NCBI GenBank assembly: GCA_035463475.1
Contig: DATHTE010000133.1
Location: forward strand, 97,297-161,296
Origin: Vicinamibacterales bacterium
Lineage (GTDB): Bacteria; Acidobacteriota; Vicinamibacteria; Vicinamibacterales; 2-12-FULL-66-21
DNA length: 64,000 nt
Direction: 5' to 3'
Shown: in pieces, positions 36,592-45,650 of the stretch
Layout: the number at the start of each line of letters is the position of its first letter
Position numbering within the stretch: the first letter of the stretch is position 1
Notes under the pieces: generated by a model
Told to the model about the DNA's origin: nothing
Database searches by the model: none
The model's input: the letters and a program-made list of their open reading frames with translations, nothing else
Translations under genes and position numbers: made by a program

Positions 36592-38986
36592 GAGCCGTGG
36601 CCGACAGGGCGCGCATCGGCGCGAGCAGCAGCGCGTAAAGCGCGGCTGCGACGGCCAGGTTGGCGTCGATGCTGACCCACATCGAGACGCCAACCGCCGC
36701 GATGGCGGCGAGCACGCCGCACGCGCCGTTCACCCCCCACATCCACGCGGTCGCCTCGTCCGAGTGCCGGCCCACCAGGCGCATCCCGATAGGAAAACAG
36801 AAGCCGAGCAGCGTGGACAACGGTGCCGTGAACGCCAGCACGACGGCCGAGCGCCAGGGCAGGGCGAGCGGCGCGGCCGCGCGGAACGCGGCGGGCAGGG
36901 CGGCCAGGTCTATCGCGATGAGCGCGGCGATCGCGAGCGGCAGGACCATGTAGCGGCGGCCGGGGATCGCCAGCCGGTCAGACCACATGCTGCCCAGGCC
37001 GGCGAACAGGATCATCGAGAACAGGATGATGGCGAAGGTGTACGTCGGGTGCCCCAGCAGGACGGAGAACCGCTGCAGGAAGGCGACCTGCACGAGCATG
37101 AAGCCGCACCCGATCGCCGCGAAATAGAACAGCGCCGAGCCGAACGTGGCGCGCGGCATCGGCAGGCGTCCGCGGCGCAGCAGCGGCCACGCGATGACGA
37201 ACAGCACCCCGACGAGCGCCACGGCAAACAGCAGCACCAGTGTGCCGGTCGCACGGATGTTGCCCCAGATCACGCCTCCCCGCGGCGTGTCGAACGCGCG
37301 CGCGAACCGCGTCGGCTTGAGCATGTTGAAGAAGAACGGGCGGCGATCGAGGGGGGGCGTGTAATCGAAGTCGGGGTCGGCCGCGGCCGCGGTCAGCTCG
37401 CTGTGCGAGCGGCTGTTCGCCAGCCGTTCGAGCCGCGGGGATGCCGCCGCGTGCCAGGGGGAGACCAGCATCCTGAAGCCCTCCTCCGCCGCGAGGCGCT
37501 CGATCGCATGCCGATCCTGGTCGTCGAACGGCTGCGGGGCGACGATGAGGGTCGCGACCGAGCGGCGCGCCGCCATCACGAGGTGCGCACGCGGCGACTC
37601 GACGCCGCGGTCGATGAGGGACGCGACGCCGAGGGCGAGCAGCCGGTTGGTCTCCGAGACGTTCGACGGATTGAACCAGCGGGACACGCTGAAGACGCCC
37701 CGCGGCGTCAGCCGCGAGAGGAACAGCTGCCACGCCTCCCGCGTGTACAGGCCGTTTTCGGTGAGGCTGAACGCGCCCGCGCCGGTCGCCGCCCACGTGT
37801 CGATCAGCGACATCTGCAGCACGTCGAAGCGTTCGGTGGCGCGGGCCAGAAACGCGCGAGCCTCGTCGTGCACGAGGCGGACGCCAGGCGTGTCGGCGAG
37901 CCGCGCGAAGGTTCGATGGGAGCCCGCCAGCGTGTCCACCAGGATGCCGTTGATCTCGATCCCGGTGATCTCCGTGTTGCCGCCCCAGAGCGCCGCCAGC
38001 AGGTCGCGGCCACCCCCGACGCCGATCACCGCGGCGCGGCCGTGCCGCAGGTGATGCGGCAGCGACGTGACGTCGTGGCTCACCCAGTCGAGCTCCTCGA
38101 CCCGGCCGTCCCAGCGAGTGATCGGCGTGCCCGCTTCACCATCGATGAGCACCCACGCCAGCGTCGCCTCCCGGGCCGGCGCCCGCTTCCCTGCCCCCCA
38201 CAGGAACACGGTCCCCTTCCGCGGAGCCTGGACGATGACAAATGAGTGGCTGTTCCAGGCGGTGCTGTCCACGCCGTCGCCTTCGGTGACCAGCGGCCGG
38301 TTCTTCGCCATGATCGGCATCAGCCCGCGGTCGGCGCGCGCGTTGGCGATCGCGAGCGTGGCGCAGAGCGCGGCAAGCGTCCACGCGCCCCACGCGCGCC
38401 TGATGCCGGCGAAGCGGTGCAGGGCGACGGACCCGAGCGCCGCCGCGGTCGCGGCCGCCAGGGCCGTCGAGCTGAGGTTCGTGCCATCGAGCAGCGGCAC
38501 GACGGCGAGGCAGCCGGCGGAGGCGCCCAGCAGGTCCCACGCGTAGGTCCGCCCGATCGGCGCGCCGGTCCGCGTCAGCGCGAGGGTGACGACCACACCC
38601 GAGAGGTAGAACGGCACCGCGAGAACGAGCGTCGCGACAGCAAGCGTGGTGACCTCCATCGCAAGCTGCGCGCTGCCGATCGGGATGGGCACGCACAGGT
38701 TCACCACGTGCGAGATCGCGATCGACGCGGCGAAGAGCAGCGAGCTGCGCGCGAGTGCGCCGCGTGCTCGCGCGCCGATCATCGCGTCTCCCGCCAGGAA
38801 CACGCGAACAGCGCCCGCCGACATGCCCAGCATCGCGAGCGACACCGCGAAGAACGACAGGTGATACCAGGTCAGGACGGAGAGCAGCCTCGAGTCCAGC
38901 ACCTCGAGGACCAGCGTGGCAAAGGTGACGAGGAACAGGCCAGCGGCGAGCGAGCGCGTGCCGGCCTGCGCCGGGGTGGAAATCAT
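36527..38986 (-). CDS. polytopic membrane protein with embedded spermidine-synthase-like methyltransferase-fold domain
   Basis: 819 aa; TM bundles flank VIGVGGGRDLL...GIEINGILV...LQMSLIDTWAA (aminopropyl/methyltransferase-fold); function unknown. Confidence 0.6.
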   Translation of the reverse strand: MISTPAQAGTRSLAAGLFLVTFATLVLEVLDSRLLSVLTWYHLSFFAVSLAMLGMSAGAVRVFLAGDAMIGARARGALARSSLLFAASIAISHVVNLCVPIPIGSAQLAMEVTTLAVATLVLAVPFYLSGVVVTLALTRTGAPIGRTYAWDLLGASAGCLAVVPLLDGTNLSSTALAAATAAALGSVALHRFAGIRRAWGAWTLAALCATLAIANARADRGLMPIMAKNRPLVTEGDGVDSTAWNSHSFVIVQAPRKGTVFLWGAGKRAPAREATLAWVLIDGEAGTPITRWDGRVEELDWVSHDVTSLPHHLRHGRAAVIGVGGGRDLLAALWGGNTEITGIEINGILVDTLAGSHRTFARLADTPGVRLVHDEARAFLARATERFDVLQMSLIDTWAATGAGAFSLTENGLYTREAWQLFLSRLTPRGVFSVSRWFNPSNVSETNRLLALGVASLIDRGVESPRAHLVMAARRSVATLIVAPQPFDDQDRHAIERLAAEEGFRMLVSPWHAAASPRLERLANSRSHSELTAAAADPDFDYTPPLDRRPFFFNMLKPTRFARAFDTPRGGVIWGNIRATGTLVLLFAVALVGVLFVIAWPLLRRGRLPMPRATFGSALFYFAAIGCGFMLVQVAFLQRFSVLLGHPTYTFAIILFSMILFAGLGSMWSDRLAIPGRRYMVLPLAIAALIAIDLAALPAAFRAAAPLALPWRSAVVLAFTAPLSTLLGFCFPIGMRLVGRHSDEATAWMWGVNGACGVLAAIAAVGVSMWVSIDANLAVAAALYALLLAPMRALSATAPIAQRFPRSDQSPARSATPAG

Positions 38987-38990
38987 GCCG

Positions 38991-40196
38991 TCACGACGGC
39001 TGCGTGGATCCCGCCGCGGCGGCGATCAGCTGGCGGGCGGCCTCGAGCACCGCGCCGGGAGCGCCGTCGAGCCCGCCTGCCTGCGCCAGTTCGGGGCGTC
39101 CGCCACCGCGGCCGCCGAACTGCGCGGTCAGCGCCTTGACCGCGGCCCCGGCGTCGAACGCGACGTCGGCGCCGCGCGCGATCGCCACCAAGCCGCCGGC
39201 GGGATTGAAGAACGCCGCGACAACGTCGGGCGTCGCGGCCGCCGCGCTCGCCAGCGCTTTCAGACCGCCGGCGTCCCACTCCACGGTCTCGACGACGACG
39301 CGCCAGCGGCCGAGGCGCGCCGCGCGATCGACGCAGCCGCCGGCTTCGAACCCGGCGAGCTTCTCCTGCAGCCCGCGGATGGCGCGCTGCTGGTCGCGCG
39401 CCTCGGACTGCAGCCGCGCGATGGCGTCCGGCAGCTCGGACGGCAGCACCGAGAGCTGCCGGATGCTGCCCGCGAGCGCGTCGCGCATCGCGCCGAACGC
39501 GCGAAGGGCGCGGCCGCCGCAGACGAACTCGATACGGACGCCGCCCTTGTACTTCTCCGAGCCGCTCACCGCGATGAGGCCGATCGATCCGCTCCGCGCC
39601 ACGTGCGTGCCTCCGCACGCGGACATGTCGTAGCCCTCCACCTCCACGATGCGCAGCTTGCCCGTGCGCTTCGGTTCCTTGCGGAGCGGCAACGCGGCGG
39701 CCTCCTCGTCGCTGGCGAACCTCACCGTCACGGGACGGTTCTCCCAGACGATCCGGTTGGCCTCGCGCTCGACCCGCGCGAGCTCCGCGGCCGCCAGGTC
39801 GCGCGACAGGTCGATGGTGCTGCGCTCCGTGCCCAGGTGAAAGCTGACGGTGCGCGCCGCGAGCACCTTCTCGAACGCGGCCGAGAGCACGTGCTGGCCG
39901 GTGTGCTGCTGCATGTGATCGAAGCGGCGGTCCCAGTCGATCCGTCCCGTCACGGCACCGCCAGGGGAGACTTCCCGGTCGAGCACGTGGACGACCGCGC
40001 CGTCCTCGCGATCGATGACGTCGATCACCGCCGCGTCGCCGAGCGTTCCGGCATCGGAGGGCTGACCGCCGCTGGTCGGATAGAACGCGGTGCGATCGAG
40101 AACGGCCGCGGGACGCCCGTCGTGCGGAGAAGCGTCCACGACGGTGGCCTCGAACTCCCGCGCGTAGGCGTCCGTGTAGTAGATGCGGTGCGTCAT
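38991..40196 (-). CDS. alaX: alanyl-tRNA editing protein (AlaX-L type)
   Basis: 401 aa; HTGQHVLS and CGGTHV zinc motifs of the AlaRS editing domain plus C-terminal DHHA1-like region. Confidence 0.85.
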   Translation of the reverse strand: MTHRIYYTDAYAREFEATVVDASPHDGRPAAVLDRTAFYPTSGGQPSDAGTLGDAAVIDVIDREDGAVVHVLDREVSPGGAVTGRIDWDRRFDHMQQHTGQHVLSAAFEKVLAARTVSFHLGTERSTIDLSRDLAAAELARVEREANRIVWENRPVTVRFASDEEAAALPLRKEPKRTGKLRIVEVEGYDMSACGGTHVARSGSIGLIAVSGSEKYKGGVRIEFVCGGRALRAFGAMRDALAGSIRQLSVLPSELPDAIARLQSEARDQQRAIRGLQEKLAGFEAGGCVDRAARLGRWRVVVETVEWDAGGLKALASAAAATPDVVAAFFNPAGGLVAIARGADVAFDAGAAVKALTAQFGGRGGGRPELAQAGGLDGAPGAVLEAARQLIAAAAGSTQPS

Positions 40197-40928
40197 TCAG
40201 GCCTCGCGGCCGCGCGCGTCCGCCCCGGCGGGCGCGCTCGCGCGCAACAGCGGATCGCGCGCGCCCGCCTCGTGGAACCCGCGCGCGCGCAGACGGCAGC
40301 TGTCGCAGCGACCGCACGGCAGCCCCTCCGGGGATGGGTCGTAGCAGCTGTGGGTCAGGCCGTAATCGAGCCCGAGCGCCAGGCCGGCGCGGATGATGTC
40401 CGCCTTGCTCATGTGCAGGAGCGGCGCCTCGATCGTGATGGCGTGACCCTCCACCCCCGCCCGGGTCGCGAGCGTCGCCATCCGCTCGAACGCCCGCAGA
40501 TATTCGGGACGACAGTCCGGATACCCGGAGTAGTCGATCGCGTTCGCGCCGATGACAATGGCGCTCGCGCCGACCACTTCGGCCCACGCGAGCGCGAGCG
40601 AGAGCAGCACCGTGTTCCGCGCCGGCACGTAGGTGGAGGGGATCTCCGGAGCGTCCAGCGTCCGGTCCTTCGGAACCGCGCCGCCGCCCGTCAACGTCGA
40701 TCCGCCGACGGCGTCGAGGTTTACCGTGAGCTCGAGCCGGCGCGCGACGCCGAGGGCGCGCGCGACGCGCTCCGCCGCGCGCAGCTCCTGGGCGTGGTGC
40801 TGGCCGTACCGCACCGTGAGCGCGTACAGCTCCGCCCCGCGCGACTTGACGATCGCCGCCGCGGTGTACGAGTCGAGTCCGCCGCTGAGGAGCACAACGG
40901 CGCGTGACGCCGGCGACATCGGTTTCAT
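40197..40928 (-). CDS. queC: 7-cyano-7-deazaguanine synthase
   Basis: Start at ATG 40928 ([22 protein letters not shown]-loop); C-terminal CGRCDSC zinc cluster. Confidence 0.9.
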   Translation of the reverse strand: MKPMSPASRAVVLLSGGLDSYTAAAIVKSRGAELYALTVRYGQHHAQELRAAERVARALGVARRLELTVNLDAVGGSTLTGGGAVPKDRTLDAPEIPSTYVPARNTVLLSLALAWAEVVGASAIVIGANAIDYSGYPDCRPEYLRAFERMATLATRAGVEGHAITIEAPLLHMSKADIIRAGLALGLDYGLTHSCYDPSPEGLPCGRCDSCRLRARGFHEAGARDPLLRASAPAGADARGREA

Positions 40929-40957
40929 TGTAGTATGTCGCGGCCGGGAGAACCGAC

Positions 40958-41290
40958 GTGCCGAAGGCGACGTTTTACTGGAAACCGACCTGAACGACAT
41001 GCCGCAACGCCAGGAGTCTTCTGGCGCAGCAGCGCGTGGAGGTCGAAGATCGGGACATCAGCAAGGAACCGCCGACGCGCGAGTTCCTCGAACGGCACGT
41101 CGACGCCGACCGCTTCCTCGATTTTGTGAGCACCCGAAGCCCGGTCTTCAAGCAGCAGCCGCTGCCGAAATCCAAAAAGGAAGCCATCGACCTCATGATG
41201 GAGCACCCGAACCTGATCAAGCGCCCGATCCTCGTCAGGGGTTCGAAAGTGATCTTCGGGTTCGACAAGGAGAAGTACAAGGGGCTGTGA
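40958..41290 (+). CDS. ArsC/Spx-family thiol(selenol) oxidoreductase-like protein, candidate selenoprotein with in-frame UGA at 40991-40993
   Basis: Track ORF 41036-41290 lacks the family N-terminus; the same frame upstream reads GTG(40958)[27 protein letters not shown] and joins it, giving the FYxxPxCxxCRKAxxxL pattern with TGA at the first Cys position; C-terminal [12 protein letters not shown] family motif. Confidence 0.6.
41001..41033 (+). promoter_or_regulatory. SECIS-like stem-loop downstream of the in-frame UGA
   Basis: Upper stem CGCCAG (41008-41013) / CUGGCG (41021-41026), 7-nt loop GAGUCUU; lower pairs G41001-C41033, C41002-G41032, G41004-C41030, C41005-G41029; loop begins about 20 nt after the UGA. 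Confidence 0.5.
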
Positions 41291-41315
41291 CCGGCGCGCC
41301 CCTCCGCAGGGCCGC

Positions 41316-42254
41316 ATGGGCGAGATTCGGATCGGGACGTCGGGCTGGAGCTACGCGTCGGGGCAGGGCACGTGGAACGGCGTGTTCTATCCCGCCGGGC
41401 CGGCGCGCCCGCGCGGCTTCAAGGAGCTGGCGTTCTACGCGCAGCATTTCGACACGGTCGAGATCAACTCCACCTTCTACCGGCCTCCCGCCGCCTCGAG
41501 CGCGAAGAAGTGGGTCGGGCTGACGCCCCCCGGCTTCGAGTTCTCCGTGAAGCTCTATCAGAAGTTCACGCACCCGGAGATGTTCGTGAAGGCCACCGGG
41601 CAGGACCCCCACGACCTCGGACGGGCCGACGTGGACGAGTTCCGGTCCGGTATTGAGCCGCTCGCGGAGAGCGGCAAGCTGGGCGTGCTGCTCGCGCAGT
41701 TCCCGGCGAGCTTCCGAAGCGACGACAACGCCCGCGGGTACGTCGCGTGGCTGCTCGAGACGTTTCGCGAGTACCCGATGGCCGTGGAGCTGCGTCATCG
41801 CAGCTGGAGCGACAATTCCGGGGAGACGCTCGCGATCCTGGCGGCCACCGGCGCCGCCTGGGTCCAGATCGACGAGCCGAAGTTCCGGTTCTCGATCCGC
41901 CAGACCTTCCGGCCGAACACCCCGGGCCTGTTCTACATGCGGCTGCACGGCCGGAACGCGGCCAACTGGTGGACCCACAAAGCGTCGGAGGACCGCTACA
42001 ACTACCTGTACACGTCTGACGAGCTGAAGCCGGTCGCTGAGGCGGTGGAAGGTGCCGCGCGCGTCACGCGCAAGGCGTACGTCTACATGAACAACCATTA
42101 CTCCGCGAAGTCGGTCGTCAACGCGGCGGTGCTGAAGCACCAGCTGGGACTGGACGTGCCGGGCGAGTACCCACCGGAGTTCCTCGAGCGATACCCCGAG
42201 GTCGCGGGGATCGTGAAGCCTACCTCGCGCCCCCCTTCAGGTACATTCTTTTGA
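41316..42254 (+). CDS. DUF72-domain protein
   Basis: 312 aa; IRIGTSGWSY...FYAQHFDTVEINSTFYRPP family signature. Confidence 0.8.
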   Translation: MGEIRIGTSGWSYASGQGTWNGVFYPAGPARPRGFKELAFYAQHFDTVEINSTFYRPPAASSAKKWVGLTPPGFEFSVKLYQKFTHPEMFVKATGQDPHDLGRADVDEFRSGIEPLAESGKLGVLLAQFPASFRSDDNARGYVAWLLETFREYPMAVELRHRSWSDNSGETLAILAATGAAWVQIDEPKFRFSIRQTFRPNTPGLFYMRLHGRNAANWWTHKASEDRYNYLYTSDELKPVAEAVEGAARVTRKAYVYMNNHYSAKSVVNAAVLKHQLGLDVPGEYPPEFLERYPEVAGIVKPTSRPPSGTFF

Positions 42255-42819
42255 TCACGTCGCCGACCTCCGCCTGATCGACGACGTTCATCCCCGAGAG
42301 GACCTGGCCGAAGATCACGTACTTGCCGTTCAGGCTCAGAATGTTGCGCCGCAGGATGTAGAACTGGCTGTCGGCCTGCCTCGGATCGCCCGCGTGCGCC
42401 ATGCCAACCGCTCCACGAATGTTGGGGCGTCGCTTCGAGAACTCCGCGACACCCACCGGCTTGCCGCTGCCCGAGGCCGGGCCGCTCCCCCAGAGCTCCC
42501 GTTTCGTGTAGTCGCGCGTCTGCGGGTCCCCCATCTGAATGACGAAGTTCTCCTCGGAGCGATGGATCCGGAGGCCGTTGTAGAACCGGCGCCTCACGAG
42601 CGTCAGGATGTGCTCGACCGTCTTCGGCGCATCTTCCGGATACGTTTCGAACTCGATCGTCCCGCGGCTCGTTTCGATCACGATGACGGGCCCGGCACCC
42701 GGCGACGGCTTGGCCGGAGCCTCGGGCTTCGGCTGGGGCTTCGGCGCGGGTTTCTCCTGTGCCGCGGACGGAATCGCGAAGAACAACAGCGCGATGAGCA
42801 ACGTGATCCTGCGATGCAT
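42220..42819 (-). CDS. secreted peptidyl-prolyl cis-trans isomerase (cyclophilin type)
   Basis: Start at ATG 42819 (MHRRITLLIALLFFAIPSAAQ signal peptide); cyclophilin core FYNGLRIHR...FVIQMGDP. Confidence 0.85.
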   Translation of the reverse strand: MHRRITLLIALLFFAIPSAAQEKPAPKPQPKPEAPAKPSPGAGPVIVIETSRGTIEFETYPEDAPKTVEHILTLVRRRFYNGLRIHRSEENFVIQMGDPQTRDYTKRELWGSGPASGSGKPVGVAEFSKRRPNIRGAVGMAHAGDPRQADSQFYILRRNILSLNGKYVIFGQVLSGMNVVDQAEVGDVIKRMYLKGGAR

Positions 42820-42848
42820 GGCGACCTCTGGATGTGTGATGCGCCGGA

Positions 42849-43502
42849 TTATAGCGGCTTCGCGGGCTTTCCGGTTTTGGTCACCCCGACCTTCGGACAC
42901 ACATCCGCGAGGACGCACTCCGGACACAGCGGGTAGATCGGACGGCAGACGTTTTGTCCCCACGTGACCAGGTAGAGATTGATCAGCGGCCACCAGCGCC
43001 GCGACGCGACCTTGTACAGCGCGTGCTCCGTCTGCTCCGGCGTACGGGTCCGGACCCAGCCCATGCGATTGGAGATGCGATGCACGTGCGTATCGACGCA
43101 GATGTTCGCGCGACTGTTGTGCGCCAGGATGAGGACGAGGTTCGCGGTTTTGCGGCCGACGCCCGGCAGGGTGAGCAGTTCCTGCATCGTGGAGGGCACG
43201 ACACCGTCGAAGCGCGAGAGGATCTGCTTGCAGGCGGCTTTCACGTGCCGCGCCTTGTTCCGATAGAAAGACACGGGGTAAATCAGCTTGCGAATCGTGG
43301 GGACGGGCAGCCTGGCCATCGCGCGGGGCGTGCGCGCCGCGCTGAACAGCCGCGTCGATGCCGCGGCGGTCACCTCGTCCCGGGTCTGCGCGGACAGCAT
43401 CGTCGCGATGAGGACCTCGAATGGATCCTCCTGGCTGTCTTCCGCGATCTTCTCCACCGCCGGCTCGTCGAGCCCGTCAATCGCCTTCGCCAGGCGTCGC
43501 AT
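42849..43502 (-). CDS. nth: endonuclease III
   Basis: HhH-GPD LPGVGRKTANLVL, catalytic VDTHVHR, 4Fe-4S CRPIYPLCPECVLADVC; start taken at ATG 43502 (MRRLAKAI); the track start 43583 would translate a heptamer repeat array. Confidence 0.85.
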   Translation of the reverse strand: MRRLAKAIDGLDEPAVEKIAEDSQEDPFEVLIATMLSAQTRDEVTAAASTRLFSAARTPRAMARLPVPTIRKLIYPVSFYRNKARHVKAACKQILSRFDGVVPSTMQELLTLPGVGRKTANLVLILAHNSRANICVDTHVHRISNRMGWVRTRTPEQTEHALYKVASRRWWPLINLYLVTWGQNVCRPIYPLCPECVLADVCPKVGVTKTGKPAKPL

Positions 43503-43525
43503 GACGGTGCTGACCGGCGCAGCAT

Positions 43526-43574
43526 CGAATGCCGAATACCGAGTGCCGAATGCCGAACGTCGAAGAGCGAGTCG
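43526..43574. repeat. tandem heptamer array CGAATGC-type x7
   Basis: cgaatgc cgaatac cgagtgc cgaatgc cgaacgt cgaagag cgagtcg read directly. Confidence 0.85.
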
Positions 43575-43579
43575 CATGA

Positions 43580-44536
43580 TCATGTCACCGCCGTGAGCGC
43601 CGGCCGCCCGTTCAGCACCTCGATGACGTTGCGCGCCGCCAGCTCCGCCATCGCGGTGCGCGTTTCCCGGGTCGCGCTGCCGAGATGGGCCGCGAGCACC
43701 ACGTTGTTGAGCGCGAGCAGGTCGGGGTGGACCTGCGGCTCGCGCTCGTAGACGTCGAGCGCGGCACCCGCCAGCAGCCCCTCCCGGAGCGCCCAGGCAA
43801 GCGCCTCTTCGTCGACCACGGGGCCGCGCGACGTGTTCACGAGATACGCGCTCCGCTTCATGCGGGCGAGCGCCCGGCGGTCGAACAGGTGCGACGTCTC
43901 AGCCGTGAGCGGCGTGTGGATCGACACGACGTCGGAGCCGACGAGCAGCTCGTCGAAGCTCACCGAACGTGCCTTCGCCGGAGGATCGTGCGCCGGGCCC
44001 ATCCGATCGTAGTACGCGACGGACATCCCGAACGCGGGCGCGCGGGCCGCGACGGCGCGGCCGATGCGGCCGAGCCCCACGATTCCGAGCTGCTTGCCCT
44101 CGAGCTCCATCCCGAGCATGTAATCGAGGCCCCAGCCGCGCCATTGGCCGGACCGCACGACGCGGTCCGATTCCGCAATGCGCCTCGTGGCAGCCAGGAT
44201 GAGCCCCCACGTGAACTCCGCGACGGCACCGGTGAGCACGTCGGGTGTGTTGGTGACGACCACGCCGCGCTCGCGCGCGGCGGCGAGATCGACGTTGTCG
44301 TAGCCAACCGCGACGTTGGCCACGATCCGGAGGTCGCGGCCCGCCTCGAGCAGCTCGCGGTCGATCCGGTCGGTGAGCAGCGACACCAGCGCACGCTTGC
44401 CCGGCACACGCGCGACCAGCTCTTCGTGCGGCAGCGAGGCCGCGCGGGTGTTCATCTCGACGTCGCAGTGGCGCTCGAGCAGCTCGATGACCGAGGAGGG
44501 CAGCCGGCGCGTGACGAGGATGGGAGGGCGATCCAT
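43580..44536 (-). CDS. D-isomer-specific 2-hydroxyacid dehydrogenase (glyoxylate/hydroxypyruvate reductase-like)
   Basis: 318 aa; GIVGLGRIGRAVA NAD motif, catalytic R..E..H pattern (NTSRG, AALDVYE, HLGSAT). Confidence 0.85.
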   Translation of the reverse strand: MDRPPILVTRRLPSSVIELLERHCDVEMNTRAASLPHEELVARVPGKRALVSLLTDRIDRELLEAGRDLRIVANVAVGYDNVDLAAARERGVVVTNTPDVLTGAVAEFTWGLILAATRRIAESDRVVRSGQWRGWGLDYMLGMELEGKQLGIVGLGRIGRAVAARAPAFGMSVAYYDRMGPAHDPPAKARSVSFDELLVGSDVVSIHTPLTAETSHLFDRRALARMKRSAYLVNTSRGPVVDEEALAWALREGLLAGAALDVYEREPQVHPDLLALNNVVLAAHLGSATRETRTAMAELAARNVIEVLNGRPALTAVT

Positions 44537-44562
44537 GTCGAGCGACGCGCGTCAGTTCTGCG

Positions 44563-44826
44563 TCAGTGCCCGTGCGACTGGCAGTACCCGCAGTGGTTGC
44601 AGCGGACCGCGGGCTCGATGAAGCAGGGGCCGTCGCTCTCCTCGCCGCTGAGCACGTTGTGGCGTGCGTGGCTCGCGTGCCACGCGAGCGGCAGCAGACG
44701 CGGCGCCGAGTACTGGTGCGCCCGCTCCGCGGGGCCCACGGACTGGGCGCGGGCCGACCCGGGCGCGGCGCCCAGGTGCCGCGAGACGACCTCACGGACC
44801 AGCGCGCGAACCGCTTCTTCGTTCAT
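44563..44826 (-). CDS. small Cys/His-rich protein with N-terminal encapsulation-peptide-like helix (BMC-associated, function unknown)
   Basis: 87 aa; MNEEAVRALVREVVSRHLG amphipathic helix, Pro/Ala/Gly linker, C-terminal CFIEPAVRCNHCGYCQSHGH (C-x7-C-x2-C-x2-C plus His); start overlaps the BMC-P stop as ATGA. Confidence 0.6.
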   Translation of the reverse strand: MNEEAVRALVREVVSRHLGAAPGSARAQSVGPAERAHQYSAPRLLPLAWHASHARHNVLSGEESDGPCFIEPAVRCNHCGYCQSHGH

Positions 44827-45101
44827 GCGTCGATTCCCACGTCCACCGCGTCGACGATCCCCACGACCGCGGCGTCGACCGGCGCGGCTTTGCGGCCAAG
44901 GGCGTCCCCCGCCGCCTTCCCCTCGAGCACGACGAGCACCTTCTCGCCCACGCCCGCGCCGACGGAATCGATCGCGAGCACGGTGTTCCCGCGCGGGGCG
45001 CCCGCGAGCGTGAGGGGCTGCACGAGCAGCAGCTTCGCGCCGTGGAGCTTGCGGTGCTTCTGCGTCGAGACCACGGTGCCGACCACGCGCGCGATCTGCA
45101 T
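44823..45101 (-). CDS. BMC-P pentameric vertex protein (EutN/CcmL family), paralog 3
   Basis: Internal start MQIARVVGTVVSTQKHRKLHGAKLLLVQP (codon 89 of the 180-aa track ORF); full EutN-like length of 92 aa. Confidence 0.85.
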   Translation of the reverse strand: MQIARVVGTVVSTQKHRKLHGAKLLLVQPLTLAGAPRGNTVLAIDSVGAGVGEKVLVVLEGKAAGDALGRKAAPVDAAVVGIVDAVDVGIDA

Positions 45102-45105
45102 GCGG

Positions 45106-45381
45106 TCACGCCTGCGGCTGATAGTCCCATTCGTCGACGATGCCGATGATCGCGGCGTCGGTCGGCGGCTCGACGGGATAGAAGGGGAACGCGGCCTCGC
45201 GGCCGCGCACGAAAAACACGCGCTCGCCGACGCCGGCGCCGACCGAGTCGGTGGCGACCAGGGTCTTGCCCACGTCCTGGCCGTCGGCGGCGATGGGTTG
45301 CAGGACCAGGAGCTTGATCGAGACGAGGTTCTCGTCCTTGCGGGTCGCCACCACGTCGCCGACAACGCGCGCGAGCTGCAT
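45106..45381 (-). CDS. BMC-P pentameric vertex protein (EutN/CcmL family), paralog 2
   Basis: 91 aa; [29 protein letters not shown]...ATDSVGAGVGERV. Confidence 0.88.
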   Translation of the reverse strand: MQLARVVGDVVATRKDENLVSIKLLVLQPIAADGQDVGKTLVATDSVGAGVGERVFFVRGREAAFPFYPVEPPTDAAIIGIVDEWDYQPQA

Positions 45382-45650
45382 CAGTCCACCACCTCGATGG
45401 TGTCGATGATGCCGACGATGGCGGCGTCCACCGGGCAGTCCTTCATGCCGGAGGCCATGCGCGCGGAGCTGCCGCTCACGATGAGCACCGTCTCGCCGAC
45501 GCCGGCATCGACGGTGTCTACCGCGACGAGGTAGTTCGCGTCGAGCTTGCCTTTCGGGTCCACGGGGCGGGCCAGCAGGAGCTTGCTGCTCACGAGGCGC
45601 TCGTCCTTCCTCGTGGCGACGACGGTGCCGACGATCTTCGCCAGGATCAC
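45381..45650 (-). CDS. BMC-P pentameric vertex protein (EutN/CcmL family), paralog 1
   Basis: 89 aa; [29 protein letters not shown]...[13 protein letters not shown]. Confidence 0.88.
   Translation of the reverse strand: MILAKIVGTVVATRKDERLVSSKLLLARPVDPKGKLDANYLVAVDTVDAGVGETVLIVSGSSARMASGMKDCPVDAAIVGIIDTIEVVD

Noticed and set aside
40991-40993. Alternative reading of the TGA as a genuine stop, giving either a 10-codon upstream peptide plus a truncated ArsC-like gene or a pseudogene
   Set aside because: Not fully excluded. It is disfavoured because the residues on both sides of the TGA reconstruct the family N-terminus in the same frame, the TGA falls exactly on the redox Cys, and a hairpin sits at SECIS distance. 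A random nonsense mutation would not be expected to show all three.
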